A stretch of DNA of 64,000 bases, taken from an uncultured Arcobacter sp. GTDB lineage: Bacteria; Campylobacterota; Campylobacteria; Campylobacterales; Arcobacteraceae. Location of the stretch: positions 1,440,001-1,504,000 of the forward strand of contig OZ223300.1 in NCBI GenBank assembly GCA_965140705.1, read 5' to 3'. Both the position numbers and the translations under genes were made by a program. Positions within the stretch are counted from its first letter, which is position 1; every line of letters starts with the position of its first letter. This document shows, in pieces, positions 1-9,386 of the stretch. Below the pieces are notes generated by a model. The model had not been told where the DNA came from and did no database searches. It worked only from the letters and a program-made list of their open reading frames with translations.

Positions 1-1
1 T

Positions 2-340
2 CAATTTGATGCTTTAATTGATCCTAATCATATAACATCAATACAAGCTGTATTACCTAAATTTTCAAGTAATAGAATAAAATCTCAGAAGGGAGCTTTT
101 TTACTTTTTGGTTTAAATCCAGATAATTATGCTGAAGAAATAAAAATAATCGATGGTAAAACTTTTTTTGAATCCACAAAAAAAATTAAGCATCCAATTG
201 AAAAAGTTCATAAAATATTAATCCCTTATACTAACTTAGAAAAATTACAAAAAGAACTAATAAAAATAGGTATAAGAAAACCATTTATATATCCAGAAAT
301 AGACAAAGTATCTGAATTTTTAATCAAAGAATGTGAATAA
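2..340 (+). CDS. FRG domain-containing protein, C-terminal part (5' end outside window)
   Basis: Hand translation of frame 2: ...VLPKFSSNRIKSQKGAFLLFG...LQKELIKIGIRKPFIYPEID...ECE*. NRIxxQxGxFLLFG and LxxxGIxxxxIYP are typical of FRG-protein C-termini. Stop TAA 338-340 overlaps the next ATG. Confidence 0.65.
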   Translation, partial: QFDALIDPNHITSIQAVLPKFSSNRIKSQKGAFLLFGLNPDNYAEEIKIIDGKTFFESTKKIKHPIEKVHKILIPYTNLEKLQKELIKIGIRKPFIYPEIDKVSEFLIKECE

Positions 341-1821
341 TGAACCTATCTAAATCTCTCTACGCAAAAGGTATCCAATGCCCCAAAGCACTTTGGCTTA
401 AAAAATTTAAGCCAAATGTACTAACACCACCAGATGAACAAGCACAGGCTATATTTGAAACTGGAAATATAGTAGGAGATTTAGCTTGCCAACTTTTCCC
501 TGATGGTAAAGAAGTTTCCTACACTACAAATTATGATGAGATGATAGCTACTACAAAAGAGTGGATGGAAGAGGGTGTATCAAATATCTACGAAGCTACT
601 TTTAACTATGAGGGCATACTTATCATGGTAGATATTTTAAAAGTAGAGAGTGATGGTGTATCTATCTATGAGGTTAAAAGTTCAACTGAAGTAAAAGATA
701 TATATTTACATGATGTATCTATTCAGTATTATGTTTTACAAAACTTAGGCTTTAGTATAAAAAGTGCAAGTATCGTACATATAAACAATGAGTATGTAAG
801 AGGTGAGTCTTTAGAGTTAGACAAGCTTTTTAAGATAGTTGATGTCACGAGTGTTGTGCAAAGTTTACAATCAAATATCCCAAACATATTAAAAGAGTTT
901 GAAATCTATTTAGAAGATAAAGTAAATGAGCCAGATATAGATATAGGAAAACATTGTAACAAACCTTATGAGTGTGATGCTAAAAACTATTGTTGGAAAG
1001 TACAAAGAGCTATACCTGAGTACTCTATCTTTAATATTTTCAATCTAGGAAGTAAAAAGCAAGTGGAGTTATACAATCAAGGTATCATAGATATAGAAGA
1101 TATCCCAGAAGATTTTGATATGACTGCAAATCAAGCTCAAGCAGTAGAAAACTACAAATCAAAAACAAGCTACATAGACAAAGAAAATATCAAAGCCTTT
1201 TTAGAAAACCTCACATACCCAATCTATCACTTAGACTTTGAAACCTACCAACAAGCCATACCACAATACAAAGGAATAAAACCCTTCGAGCAAATCCCTT
1301 TTCAATACTCACTTCATATAGAGTATCAAGATGGTACTTTGGAGCATAAAGAGTATTTGAGTGAGGATAGTGTAGATAGTAGATATGAGTTAGCACAAAA
1401 ACTATGTGAAGATATTAGAAGTGATGTTACAGTACTGGCTTATAATATGAGTTTTGAAAAAGGTGTGATAAAAAGACTAGCAAACTCATTTTCTGAGCTT
1501 GAACAGCACTTATTAGCTATAAATGAAAACATACAAGACCTAATGATACCTTTCCAAAAGAAATGGTATGTAACTCCTAGTATGCAAGGAAGCTACTCTA
1601 TTAAATACGTTTTACCAGCACTTGTACCTGAGTTTGAGAAAGCCTATAAAGAACTTGAAGGCGTTCAAAATGGAAGCCAAGCCATGAATGCCTTTGCAAG
1701 TATGAGTAAGCTAGAAGAGGGCGAGAAGGTGAAGCTTAGAAGTGCACTTTTAGAGTATTGTAAACTTGATACTTTGGCTATGGTGAAATTGTTGGAGAAC
1801 TTGAAAAAATTATTTATTTAA
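340..1821 (+). CDS. DUF2779 domain protein: PD-(D/E)xK (RecB/Cas4-like) nuclease plus RNase H-like domain
   Basis: LSKS..QCPKALWL start, VDIL...YEVKSS nuclease motif, HCNKPYECDAKNYC Cys cluster, LDFET...QIPFQYSLH...YNMSFEK...YCKLDT exonuclease-like motifs. Confidence 0.8.
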   Translation: MNLSKSLYAKGIQCPKALWLKKFKPNVLTPPDEQAQAIFETGNIVGDLACQLFPDGKEVSYTTNYDEMIATTKEWMEEGVSNIYEATFNYEGILIMVDILKVESDGVSIYEVKSSTEVKDIYLHDVSIQYYVLQNLGFSIKSASIVHINNEYVRGESLELDKLFKIVDVTSVVQSLQSNIPNILKEFEIYLEDKVNEPDIDIGKHCNKPYECDAKNYCWKVQRAIPEYSIFNIFNLGSKKQVELYNQGIIDIEDIPEDFDMTANQAQAVENYKSKTSYIDKENIKAFLENLTYPIYHLDFETYQQAIPQYKGIKPFEQIPFQYSLHIEYQDGTLEHKEYLSEDSVDSRYELAQKLCEDIRSDVTVLAYNMSFEKGVIKRLANSFSELEQHLLAINENIQDLMIPFQKKWYVTPSMQGSYSIKYVLPALVPEFEKAYKELEGVQNGSQAMNAFASMSKLEEGEKVKLRSALLEYCKLDTLAMVKLLENLKKLFI

Positions 1822-2862
1822 AGCTTTTTTATAAATATTTAAAATAGTATCTAAAAGAGCAGCTATTACTGGACCTAAAATAATACCTATAGGTCCAAAA
1901 GAGGTGATTCCTCCAAGAATAGATATTAATATTACTAAATCAGGTAGTTTTGCGTCATTTCCTACAATCCATGGACGTAGAAGATTATCAACCAAACCTA
2001 CTACTAATGTTCCCCAAATAATAAGACCTATTCCCCATCCAATACTACCTGTAACTATAAGATATATAGCTGCTGGCAACCAGACTATTGGAGCTCCTAG
2101 TCCTGGAATAGAAGAGAGAATAAAAACGATAGTTCCCCAAAATACTGGTCCATTAATTCCTGTAACCCAAAATGCTAATCCTACTAAAAGACCTTGAATG
2201 ACTCCAATAACTACTATGCCTTTAAGTGATGCTTTAGTAACCATTACTCCACGGCTCATGAGATTTTCATAATCATTTTTTGAAAGAGGGAGCAAAGAAG
2301 CAAGGGAGTCTAGTAGTTCTCGTCCATACATTAGAAAGTAAAACATAGCATAAAGCATAATAAACAAACTCATAATAAAGTCAACTGTTCCTTTAGTAGC
2401 ATTTGATAAACTTGAAACCAACCAACTACCCATTGCACTAGTTGCATCAGTAGCTTTCTTTAAAATAGTCTCATTTAAAGAATTAAATTTCTCTTTTAAA
2501 GGTACCCAGTCAGGTATTTGTTGACGTATAGAGAGCTTATTGTCTAAGATTTCTTTTACTATAGGACTTGTTTTTTGACTAAATTGTATTGCTTCTTTTG
2601 TGACCATACCTGTAAGTCCTGCCAAAGGTAAACCTATAGCTAAGATAGATATAACTAACACAGTAATAGAAGCCAATGCAGATTTGTTTTTAAAATAAAA
2701 AAGAATCTTTTTGTAAAGAGGATAAAGAAGCCCTGAAAATATTGCGGCAAGTACAAGAGCGATTAAAAACTCTTTTATCATCCCAATAAAACCCATTAGA
2801 ACTATAAATAATAACAGTAGAATAAAAGCTTTTTGAAACTTATCTGGTATATTTCCTTGCAT
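1810..2862 (-). CDS. AI-2E family (PerM/YdiK-like) transporter
   Basis: Multi-TM 350 aa with IPGLGAPIVWLP, VDNLLRP and GGITSFGPIGIILGP motifs. Confidence 0.9.
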   Translation of the reverse strand: MQGNIPDKFQKAFILLLLFIVLMGFIGMIKEFLIALVLAAIFSGLLYPLYKKILFYFKNKSALASITVLVISILAIGLPLAGLTGMVTKEAIQFSQKTSPIVKEILDNKLSIRQQIPDWVPLKEKFNSLNETILKKATDATSAMGSWLVSSLSNATKGTVDFIMSLFIMLYAMFYFLMYGRELLDSLASLLPLSKNDYENLMSRGVMVTKASLKGIVVIGVIQGLLVGLAFWVTGINGPVFWGTIVFILSSIPGLGAPIVWLPAAIYLIVTGSIGWGIGLIIWGTLVVGLVDNLLRPWIVGNDAKLPDLVILISILGGITSFGPIGIILGPVIAALLDTILNIYKKALNK

Positions 2863-2910
2863 TATTGAGTTCCTTTTAAATTCTAGAAAAATATATATAA
2901 AATAGAGTCA

Positions 2911-3738
2911 CTATTTTTCATCTAAAATTCTATCCTCCATTTTTGAAATAGCAGCTCTTAGTACTTTGCTATCAAAACCAAATTCTTCAGCTTTTGAAAC
3001 AGCTTCTTCAATAATTTTAGAATCAAGTGGTTTTACTATATTACATAGTTTTTTTACAACATGTAAAATCTGAGCATGTTTTTTATGTTCTGGTAAGGCT
3101 TTATTTGGATTGTCACTAAATTTTATATAATTGATAATATTTTTAGTCAAATTCCAGTGTTTAAATATAGCAGAAGTAACTTCTGCTGTTGTCATACCTA
3201 CATACTCTTTTTCAATGATATCTAATTTATCAAAATTACTCAAAATCTTTTGTGAAAACTCTTCTGTTTTATTCTCTTCTACAATGGCATTATTTATGAT
3301 AAATTTTCCACTCTCTTGTAAAAAAGCAGATAGGATTAATTCATTTCTTAACTCATTGTCAAGTTTTCCAATCCAAAGATTTACAAGGTTTGATTGCATA
3401 TTTGCTATTCTTAAGAAATCATCACTTGAAGCATTATAAGCATTTAAATCACTATCTAAAGCTCTTTTAACACCACTTCCAAGAGCAATAGAGATTGTAA
3501 AATTAACACCAAGCAAATTAACTGCTCTATTCAAAGTATCAACTTTACTTACAAATCCAAACATTGCAGAGTTTGCTGTTTTTAATATACTTGAAACCAT
3601 AAGAGGATCTTGTTCTATAATTTTACTTAATGCTTCAATATCATAATTATTGGTACTTTTAAAATCTTCAATATCAAGTAAAGTTTTAGGCAAAGGAGCC
3701 AAAGTATCAATCTTTTTTAGAAGTTCAATGTATGTCAT
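2911..3738 (-). CDS. Stand-alone HDOD domain protein
   Basis: LAPLP, IEQDP...ILKTANSAMFG, AVNLLG, and degenerate LQESGK in place of LHDIGK. Confidence 0.9.
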   Translation of the reverse strand: MTYIELLKKIDTLAPLPKTLLDIEDFKSTNNYDIEALSKIIEQDPLMVSSILKTANSAMFGFVSKVDTLNRAVNLLGVNFTISIALGSGVKRALDSDLNAYNASSDDFLRIANMQSNLVNLWIGKLDNELRNELILSAFLQESGKFIINNAIVEENKTEEFSQKILSNFDKLDIIEKEYVGMTTAEVTSAIFKHWNLTKNIINYIKFSDNPNKALPEHKKHAQILHVVKKLCNIVKPLDSKIIEEAVSKAEEFGFDSKVLRAAISKMEDRILDEK

Positions 3739-3762
3739 ATAAATCCTTAAATATAATAGTTA

Positions 3763-5031
3763 TCAATGCTCTGTTAAAGAGTTTTTAGCTATATCTTTTA
3801 ATGGTTTTATTAAGTATCTTAAGACACTTTTTTTACCTGTTAAAATATTAATATTAGCAGCCATACCTGGTAAGATAGGTGTTTTTTTATCAAATCCAAG
3901 TTTATTTGCTTTTACTTTTATAAAGTAGTATAGATTGCCAAGTTTATCTTCCGTACTATCAGGAGATATAGATATAATCTTACCCTCCAACAAACCATAT
4001 CTTGAAAAATCATAGGCAGTTATTTCTATAGTAACTTTTTGATTAGGCCATATTTGTGCTCTATCTGAAGCTTTTATTTTTGCTTCAATAATCAAGGAGT
4101 CTTCTATAGGTGTGATTTCTGCTATTTTATCCCCTGGTTTGATTATTCCACCTACTGTATTAAAGTAAAGTTTATTGACTATTCCATTTACTGGGCTTAT
4201 AACAAATTTTCTTAATTCTCTATCTTCACTTGCTTTATATTTTTCTTCTATTTGTTTAATTTGTAAGTTTACTTCTGATAATTGTTTTAGATTTTTTGAT
4301 AGTATTTCAGAATTTACATTTTTATATTTTTTTTCTGATTCTTTTATCTCTTCTTGGGCAATTGGAATTTTACTGTTTAGTTCTTGCATTTGTGTTACAA
4401 GTGTTTGTTTTTTTGCTAATTCTACTAAATATTTTTTTCTAGAAATAATATTTTTTTTAAGTAGGGCATCTTGGATTTGCATATTCTCTTTTGCAAGTTC
4501 TAATTCGACTTCGATATTATATGACTTTGTTTTTAGCTCTTCTAATTTTAGTTTCTTTTGTTTTAATTGATTTTCAGCAATACCAATTAATCTTTGTTTA
4601 TTTGCCATCTCTTCATTATAAATATCAGTTTCATTTTTTACTATATCATCCATATTATCAGTTAATTCGGGAGGAAAAACGAGTCTTTTATCTTCAATAA
4701 GTGCTTCTAATCTTTTGGCTTTTAGTTTAAGAGCCATAATTTCTAAGTTTTGTGATCTCTTATCTGCCATAAAGTATTTATTTTTGATTCTATATAAGAT
4801 ATCACCTTTTTTTACTCTATCCCCTTCTTGAACCAAAATTTCTGAAATGATACCACCTTCAAAGTGTTGTAGTATTTTTGTTTGTCCTGAAGGAATAACT
4901 TTTCCTTCTCCTTTTACTACTTCATCAATATCTGTAAGGGATGCCCAAATAAAAAAAATCACTACGAATAAAATCATAGGATAAACAACTATTCTGTAGT
5001 TCCAATCTTCATCTTGGTAGTATAGTTTCAT
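3763..5031 (-). CDS. HlyD family type I secretion membrane fusion protein
   Basis: N-terminal TM, GEGKVIPSG..ILQHFEGGII, coiled coil, SPVNGIV, GGIIKPG, YDFSRYG, PGM...I.TGKKSVLRYL; ATGA overlap with the ABC gene. Confidence 0.95.
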   Translation of the reverse strand: MKLYYQDEDWNYRIVVYPMILFVVIFFIWASLTDIDEVVKGEGKVIPSGQTKILQHFEGGIISEILVQEGDRVKKGDILYRIKNKYFMADKRSQNLEIMALKLKAKRLEALIEDKRLVFPPELTDNMDDIVKNETDIYNEEMANKQRLIGIAENQLKQKKLKLEELKTKSYNIEVELELAKENMQIQDALLKKNIISRKKYLVELAKKQTLVTQMQELNSKIPIAQEEIKESEKKYKNVNSEILSKNLKQLSEVNLQIKQIEEKYKASEDRELRKFVISPVNGIVNKLYFNTVGGIIKPGDKIAEITPIEDSLIIEAKIKASDRAQIWPNQKVTIEITAYDFSRYGLLEGKIISISPDSTEDKLGNLYYFIKVKANKLGFDKKTPILPGMAANINILTGKKSVLRYLIKPLKDIAKNSLTEH

Positions 5032-7115
5032 CTTTTTACCTCTGGATTTCTTAGGGCTTGTAGAACAGCATCTCTTGGTCCATTTGCTACAATTTTCCCT
5101 TCATTGATAACTATAAGTCTATCAACTAACTCTAAAGCTGCAAACCTGTGAGTAATTAGAATCAAAGTTTTGTCTTTGACAATATCTTTTAGACTAAGCA
5201 TTAATTTCTTTTCTAATCCAACATCTAATCCCGTTGTTGGTTCATCTAAAATCAAAATCGATGGGTCATTTGCTATTGACCTTGCAAGACCCACTAAGTG
5301 CCTTTGTCCTGTACTTAAGTTAGAACCTCTCTCTCCCACAGGTATTCCATCACCTTGACCACTTTTTTTAACTAAATCTTCTAATCCAGTCAATTTAATT
5401 AATTCCATCATCTTTTCTTTACTGATAGGTTTTGATAGTTCAATATTCTCTTTTAGTGTTCCATTAAATAAAAATGGCTCTTGTGCCATTACCCCAATAT
5501 TATCTCTTATTTCAACAGGATGTATTGTCGAAATATTATGATTATCTATGAAAATACTACCTTGTGTTGGGTGGAGTAAGCCAGTAAGTAATTTTAATAA
5601 AGTAGATTTACCAGCACCAGTTTGACCAATAATTCCTACTTTTTCACCCCTATTAATTTTTATATTAATATTATCCAATGATGGATATTTTGCATTTTTA
5701 AAATAAAAAGAGACATTTTTAAGTTCGATATCTCCATGTAGTTTTCCAAGTCCTATTTCAATATTTTTTTCATTTTCTAAGGGTAAACTCCAAAAATCTC
5801 TAAGATTTATAAGTGAGTCTTTTATCTCTTTAAATTTTATAACCATAGATGAGATATTTATAATAGGCACCATTGATCTACTTGATAATATTGTTACAGC
5901 AATCAATCCACCCACACTTAAGTTTTTCTTTGATATTTCAAATACTCCTACTGCTATTACAAGAATTGTTGTCAGTTGAATAAGTGATTGTGAAATATTA
6001 ATTGCAAAAGTATTTACTTTTTGTATTTTTACTTGAACATCTTCTGTATGGGAAATAATACTTCTCCATTTGAAAATCTTAGAAGATAAGGCATTTGATA
6101 GTTTAACAGTATCAGTCGCTTGAATAGATTCAATCATAAAGTTATGTTTAGATTGCACATTATCAAGATGTTTTTTACTTAGATTAGAAATAGGTATTTG
6201 TAAAGATATATTTATAACTATGATAGTTATTGAAATAAATAGTGGCACCATAGCAACTGTTGATGAAATTAAGAAAATAGTAATCAAAGCAAAAAAGAAA
6301 AATGGGAAATCAATCAATTGCATAATTGTTCTAGTTGCAAAAAAATCCCGAACAGTTGAAAGTTCTTTAAACAGATTTACTTTAGCCCCTGTCATCATCA
6401 CATCATATTGTGCTTGTAAAGCTAAAACTCTTTTCATAAGTGCTTCTTCAAAATAAATAGAGAGTTTTTTACCTGTTTTGTCAATAATATGGCTTCTTGC
6501 ACTTTTAAATACAAGGTCAAAAATTAGTACAATAACTAGTCCAAGACTTAATACAAAAAGTGTATCATAAGCAGCATTTGGAACAACTCTATCATATACA
6601 ATCATAGTAAAAAGAGGTGTAAACAAAGCAAAAATATTAATAAAAAAAGTTAAAACACCAACTTCAACATAAGACTTCCAAAAAGATTTAATAGGGTTCC
6701 AAAACCAATTATTATCAATGGCTTTATCTAAGAGCTCTTTTTTTGTATCTTCCCTAAAAATCAAAATCGCTGTATTGTATTTTTTTAACTCTTTATAGCT
6801 GATTTCACGTACTTGTTCTCTCAATGAATCGTATATTTCTATTTTTTTATTTGCAATGTTTTTTCTATAAATTACAGAGTTATTATTTTCATCTATTATT
6901 ATGCATGGTAGGAAATGTGAGGGGATATCTTGTGCATTTAAATCTTTTTTGATACATACTAATCCAATTTGTTCACAAACTGTAAAAATCGAATCAATAT
7001 TAAAGTCATCATCTTTTATAGCATCTAAACTTAATATGGTATTTACACTAACTTCACCATAGTAAAAATCTAGCATATATTTAAAAGTAGGTAGAAGATT
7101 TTTTATAGTATCCAA
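5028..7115 (-). CDS. Type I secretion ABC transporter (LapB/HlyB-like; C39-like domain, TMD, NBD)
   Basis: VYDRVVPN, Walker A GQTGAGKST, signature LSTGQ, Walker B ILILDEPT; TTG start with AAGG upstream. Confidence 0.95.
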   Translation of the reverse strand: MDTIKNLLPTFKYMLDFYYGEVSVNTILSLDAIKDDDFNIDSIFTVCEQIGLVCIKKDLNAQDIPSHFLPCIIIDENNNSVIYRKNIANKKIEIYDSLREQVREISYKELKKYNTAILIFREDTKKELLDKAIDNNWFWNPIKSFWKSYVEVGVLTFFINIFALFTPLFTMIVYDRVVPNAAYDTLFVLSLGLVIVLIFDLVFKSARSHIIDKTGKKLSIYFEEALMKRVLALQAQYDVMMTGAKVNLFKELSTVRDFFATRTIMQLIDFPFFFFALITIFLISSTVAMVPLFISITIIVINISLQIPISNLSKKHLDNVQSKHNFMIESIQATDTVKLSNALSSKIFKWRSIISHTEDVQVKIQKVNTFAINISQSLIQLTTILVIAVGVFEISKKNLSVGGLIAVTILSSRSMVPIINISSMVIKFKEIKDSLINLRDFWSLPLENEKNIEIGLGKLHGDIELKNVSFYFKNAKYPSLDNINIKINRGEKVGIIGQTGAGKSTLLKLLTGLLHPTQGSIFIDNHNISTIHPVEIRDNIGVMAQEPFLFNGTLKENIELSKPISKEKMMELIKLTGLEDLVKKSGQGDGIPVGERGSNLSTGQRHLVGLARSIANDPSILILDEPTTGLDVGLEKKLMLSLKDIVKDKTLILITHRFAALELVDRLIVINEGKIVANGPRDAVLQALRNPEVKR

Positions 7116-7246
7116 AATAAACCTTAGTATTGTAAAATCGAGGAAATTCTAACCAAAACATCCTTATAGAAAAGTAATAATTTAAGTTATACTTATGTTT
7201 TTATAATGTATCATTGCCACTTATAAAAATTTAGGATTAATTAAGA
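7116..7246. promoter_or_regulatory. Divergent promoter region between the ABC/HlyD operon and the accessory/TolC operon
   Basis: TATAAT at 7202-7207 (+) and AGGA before ATG 7247; TAGAAT on the minus strand at 7146-7151. Confidence 0.45.
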
Positions 7247-8200
7247 ATGTTTACATTTATCAAACGACTTCAAGAGTTAATTGCAAGGCTAAAAAAGAAT
7301 AAGGGAATGTGGTTTACTACCCTAACGGTTATATCTGTTATGGGAATCTTTTTTTGTATGTATGTAATAACTACAATGACAGATAGAGTTTCAAAAGAAG
7401 TCTACGCAAGTATGACTAAAAATTATGAAAATATCCTAAATATAAGAATAGAAAACAAAAAGAAAGAGTTTGAAAAGCTATTTGTATCTATTGAACAAAA
7501 TGGAACCTTATTAGGTGGAATTGAAAATAATAATAAAATCATGTATGAAGCAATTTCAAACTACTTAAATGAAGAGTTTTTAAAAATGGGATTTCCAGAT
7601 TTAAAAATAAAAATTTATAATGTTGAAAATAAAGATAAGGTATTAAGAAATACAATTAATACTGTAATAAACACAAAAAAACCTCTTTTTGGAGCAGAAG
7701 TTTTACCTGAAGGTGTTTTTTATGTATATCTTTCACCTTTAATAAGAGATGGAAATGTTTTTGGTGTAGTAGAATTTAGAGATTCTATACACTCTTTTCA
7801 AAATAATTTCTTAAAACAAGGAAGTGATTATGTTTTTATTTTAGATAAAAAGATGTTGCCTTTTATCTCTTTAGAATATAAAAACAATAGATATGAAGAG
7901 ATAAATGATCAATTTATATTTGAAAAAGTAAGATATGACACTCTGTTCTCAACAACAATTAAAAATATTCAAGAAGATAAATTTAATAAATTTTTGCAAT
8001 CAAAATATATTGTAGATGATGGCTATTTTAGATCAATAAAGAAAATTACGGATATAAATGGTGCAGAAATTGGATATATGATAGTAGGTGAAACTACAGA
8101 AACTAGTGGTGGATTTGTTAATATTGCTAGAAATATGACCAATACCGTTACAACAGTTGCTCTAGGGCTTATTATATCTATTATTTTATTTTTATTTTAG
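7247..8200 (+). CDS. Two-TM periplasmic Cache-like (dCache_3-type) sensor with no cytoplasmic output domain
   Basis: TM at about aa 22-42, FGAEVLPEGVFYVYLSPLIRDGNVFGVVEF and ITDINGAEIGY Cache-like strands, second TM is the extreme C-terminus. Confidence 0.65.
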   Translation: MFTFIKRLQELIARLKKNKGMWFTTLTVISVMGIFFCMYVITTMTDRVSKEVYASMTKNYENILNIRIENKKKEFEKLFVSIEQNGTLLGGIENNNKIMYEAISNYLNEEFLKMGFPDLKIKIYNVENKDKVLRNTINTVINTKKPLFGAEVLPEGVFYVYLSPLIRDGNVFGVVEFRDSIHSFQNNFLKQGSDYVFILDKKMLPFISLEYKNNRYEEINDQFIFEKVRYDTLFSTTIKNIQEDKFNKFLQSKYIVDDGYFRSIKKITDINGAEIGYMIVGETTETSGGFVNIARNMTNTVTTVALGLIISIILFLF

Positions 8201-8208
8201 GCTAAATA

Positions 8209-9375
8209 ATGAGAAGACTTAAGATATTAAAAATATATTTTATATTTTGGCTTTTTATATTTTTCTTAGTTTTTTCAAATTTTGATAGTTTTATAACTTT
8301 CTTTATGGCTACTTTGACTTTCAATATAGCCGTGCTTACAATTTTGGGAATTGGTATGGTTATTGTCTATCATGCTGCTTTTAGATTGACAATGCTTGCT
8401 GGTACATTTGGAATATTGGCATATAAAAAAGGTGATGAATTAATTTATTACCTAAAGGGTATTGATAAAATTATGCCAGCTAATATTGCTCATATGTTTT
8501 ATAAAAGAGCAAAATCTGGGACTTTGTATTTTACTCAAAGTGAAGCAAAAGATGTTACAACTTGGTTAGAAGAGAAGTTTGAAAATCAAAAAATATATAT
8601 AAACTTCTTTACGGCAACTGCCTTAATGATAGGTCTATTTGGGACATTTACAGGACTTTTGAAATCAATTGATGAAATGGGTGCAATTGTATTATCTTTA
8701 GGTGGAGATATCAATTTAACTGAAGTAATTGGGAGCTTTTCAGGACCATTAAGTGGTATGGCAATTGGATTTGGTTCATCACTATTTGGTGTTGCTACTG
8801 CTATTATTTTAAGTTTAAAAACATATATCCTAAGTAGAAATCAAGAAACCTTTATAGAAGGTATTGAAGATTGGATGAAAGGAAAAATTATTGATACCCA
8901 ATCTGATGAAGTAATTCAACAGTTTAATGAAGTCTCAGGAATTCGTACAAGTGTTAGTAATGTTGCAGGTTCTTCTAATCAAGCTAGTGGGGTATCAGGG
9001 GAACTTGTTATTCGTAAGTTTTTAGATATATTCTCTGATTCAATGAATGAATTAAAAGATGATCTTAAAAAAAGTAGCGAAGCAAATGAAGTTTTATTTA
9101 AAATCTTATCTGATAATTTAGAATCTAGTTCAAAAATAACTGGAAATCAACTTACTTTACTGGAAGGTATCAATAATTCAATCAAAGAATTAAACATAAA
9201 TCAATATAGTAATTCTAATACTTTAGATGAGTCAATACAAAGCTTGGCAAATATTGCAACAAGTCAAAATAAGAATATAAGACAATTATTGGAAGTACAA
9301 AATCAAAACAATGAAATGATGATGGATTTTATGAATAAATTTGATGCTAGATTATCTAAAATTGAAAACAAGTAA
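8209..9375 (+). CDS. MotA/TolQ/ExbB family proton-channel subunit (SiiB-like) with coiled-coil cytoplasmic tail
   Basis: LMIGLFGTFTGL and PLSGMAIGFGSSLFG helices match the MotA/ExbB core; Asn/Gln/Ser-rich heptad C-terminal tail. Confidence 0.85.
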   Translation: MRRLKILKIYFIFWLFIFFLVFSNFDSFITFFMATLTFNIAVLTILGIGMVIVYHAAFRLTMLAGTFGILAYKKGDELIYYLKGIDKIMPANIAHMFYKRAKSGTLYFTQSEAKDVTTWLEEKFENQKIYINFFTATALMIGLFGTFTGLLKSIDEMGAIVLSLGGDINLTEVIGSFSGPLSGMAIGFGSSLFGVATAIILSLKTYILSRNQETFIEGIEDWMKGKIIDTQSDEVIQQFNEVSGIRTSVSNVAGSSNQASGVSGELVIRKFLDIFSDSMNELKDDLKKSSEANEVLFKILSDNLESSSKITGNQLTLLEGINNSIKELNINQYSNSNTLDESIQSLANIATSQNKNIRQLLEVQNQNNEMMMDFMNKFDARLSKIENK

Positions 9376-9386
9376 TTGGATAAATA

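Noticed and set aside
340..1821. CRISPR-associated Cas4
   Set aside because: No other cas genes or repeat-spacer array; the extra RNase H-like domain fits DUF2779
1211..6456. Short opposite-strand ORFs inside DUF2779, AI-2E, HDOD, HlyD and ABC genes (similar ones occur across the window)
   Set aside because: Fully nested in well-supported genes with no motifs of their own
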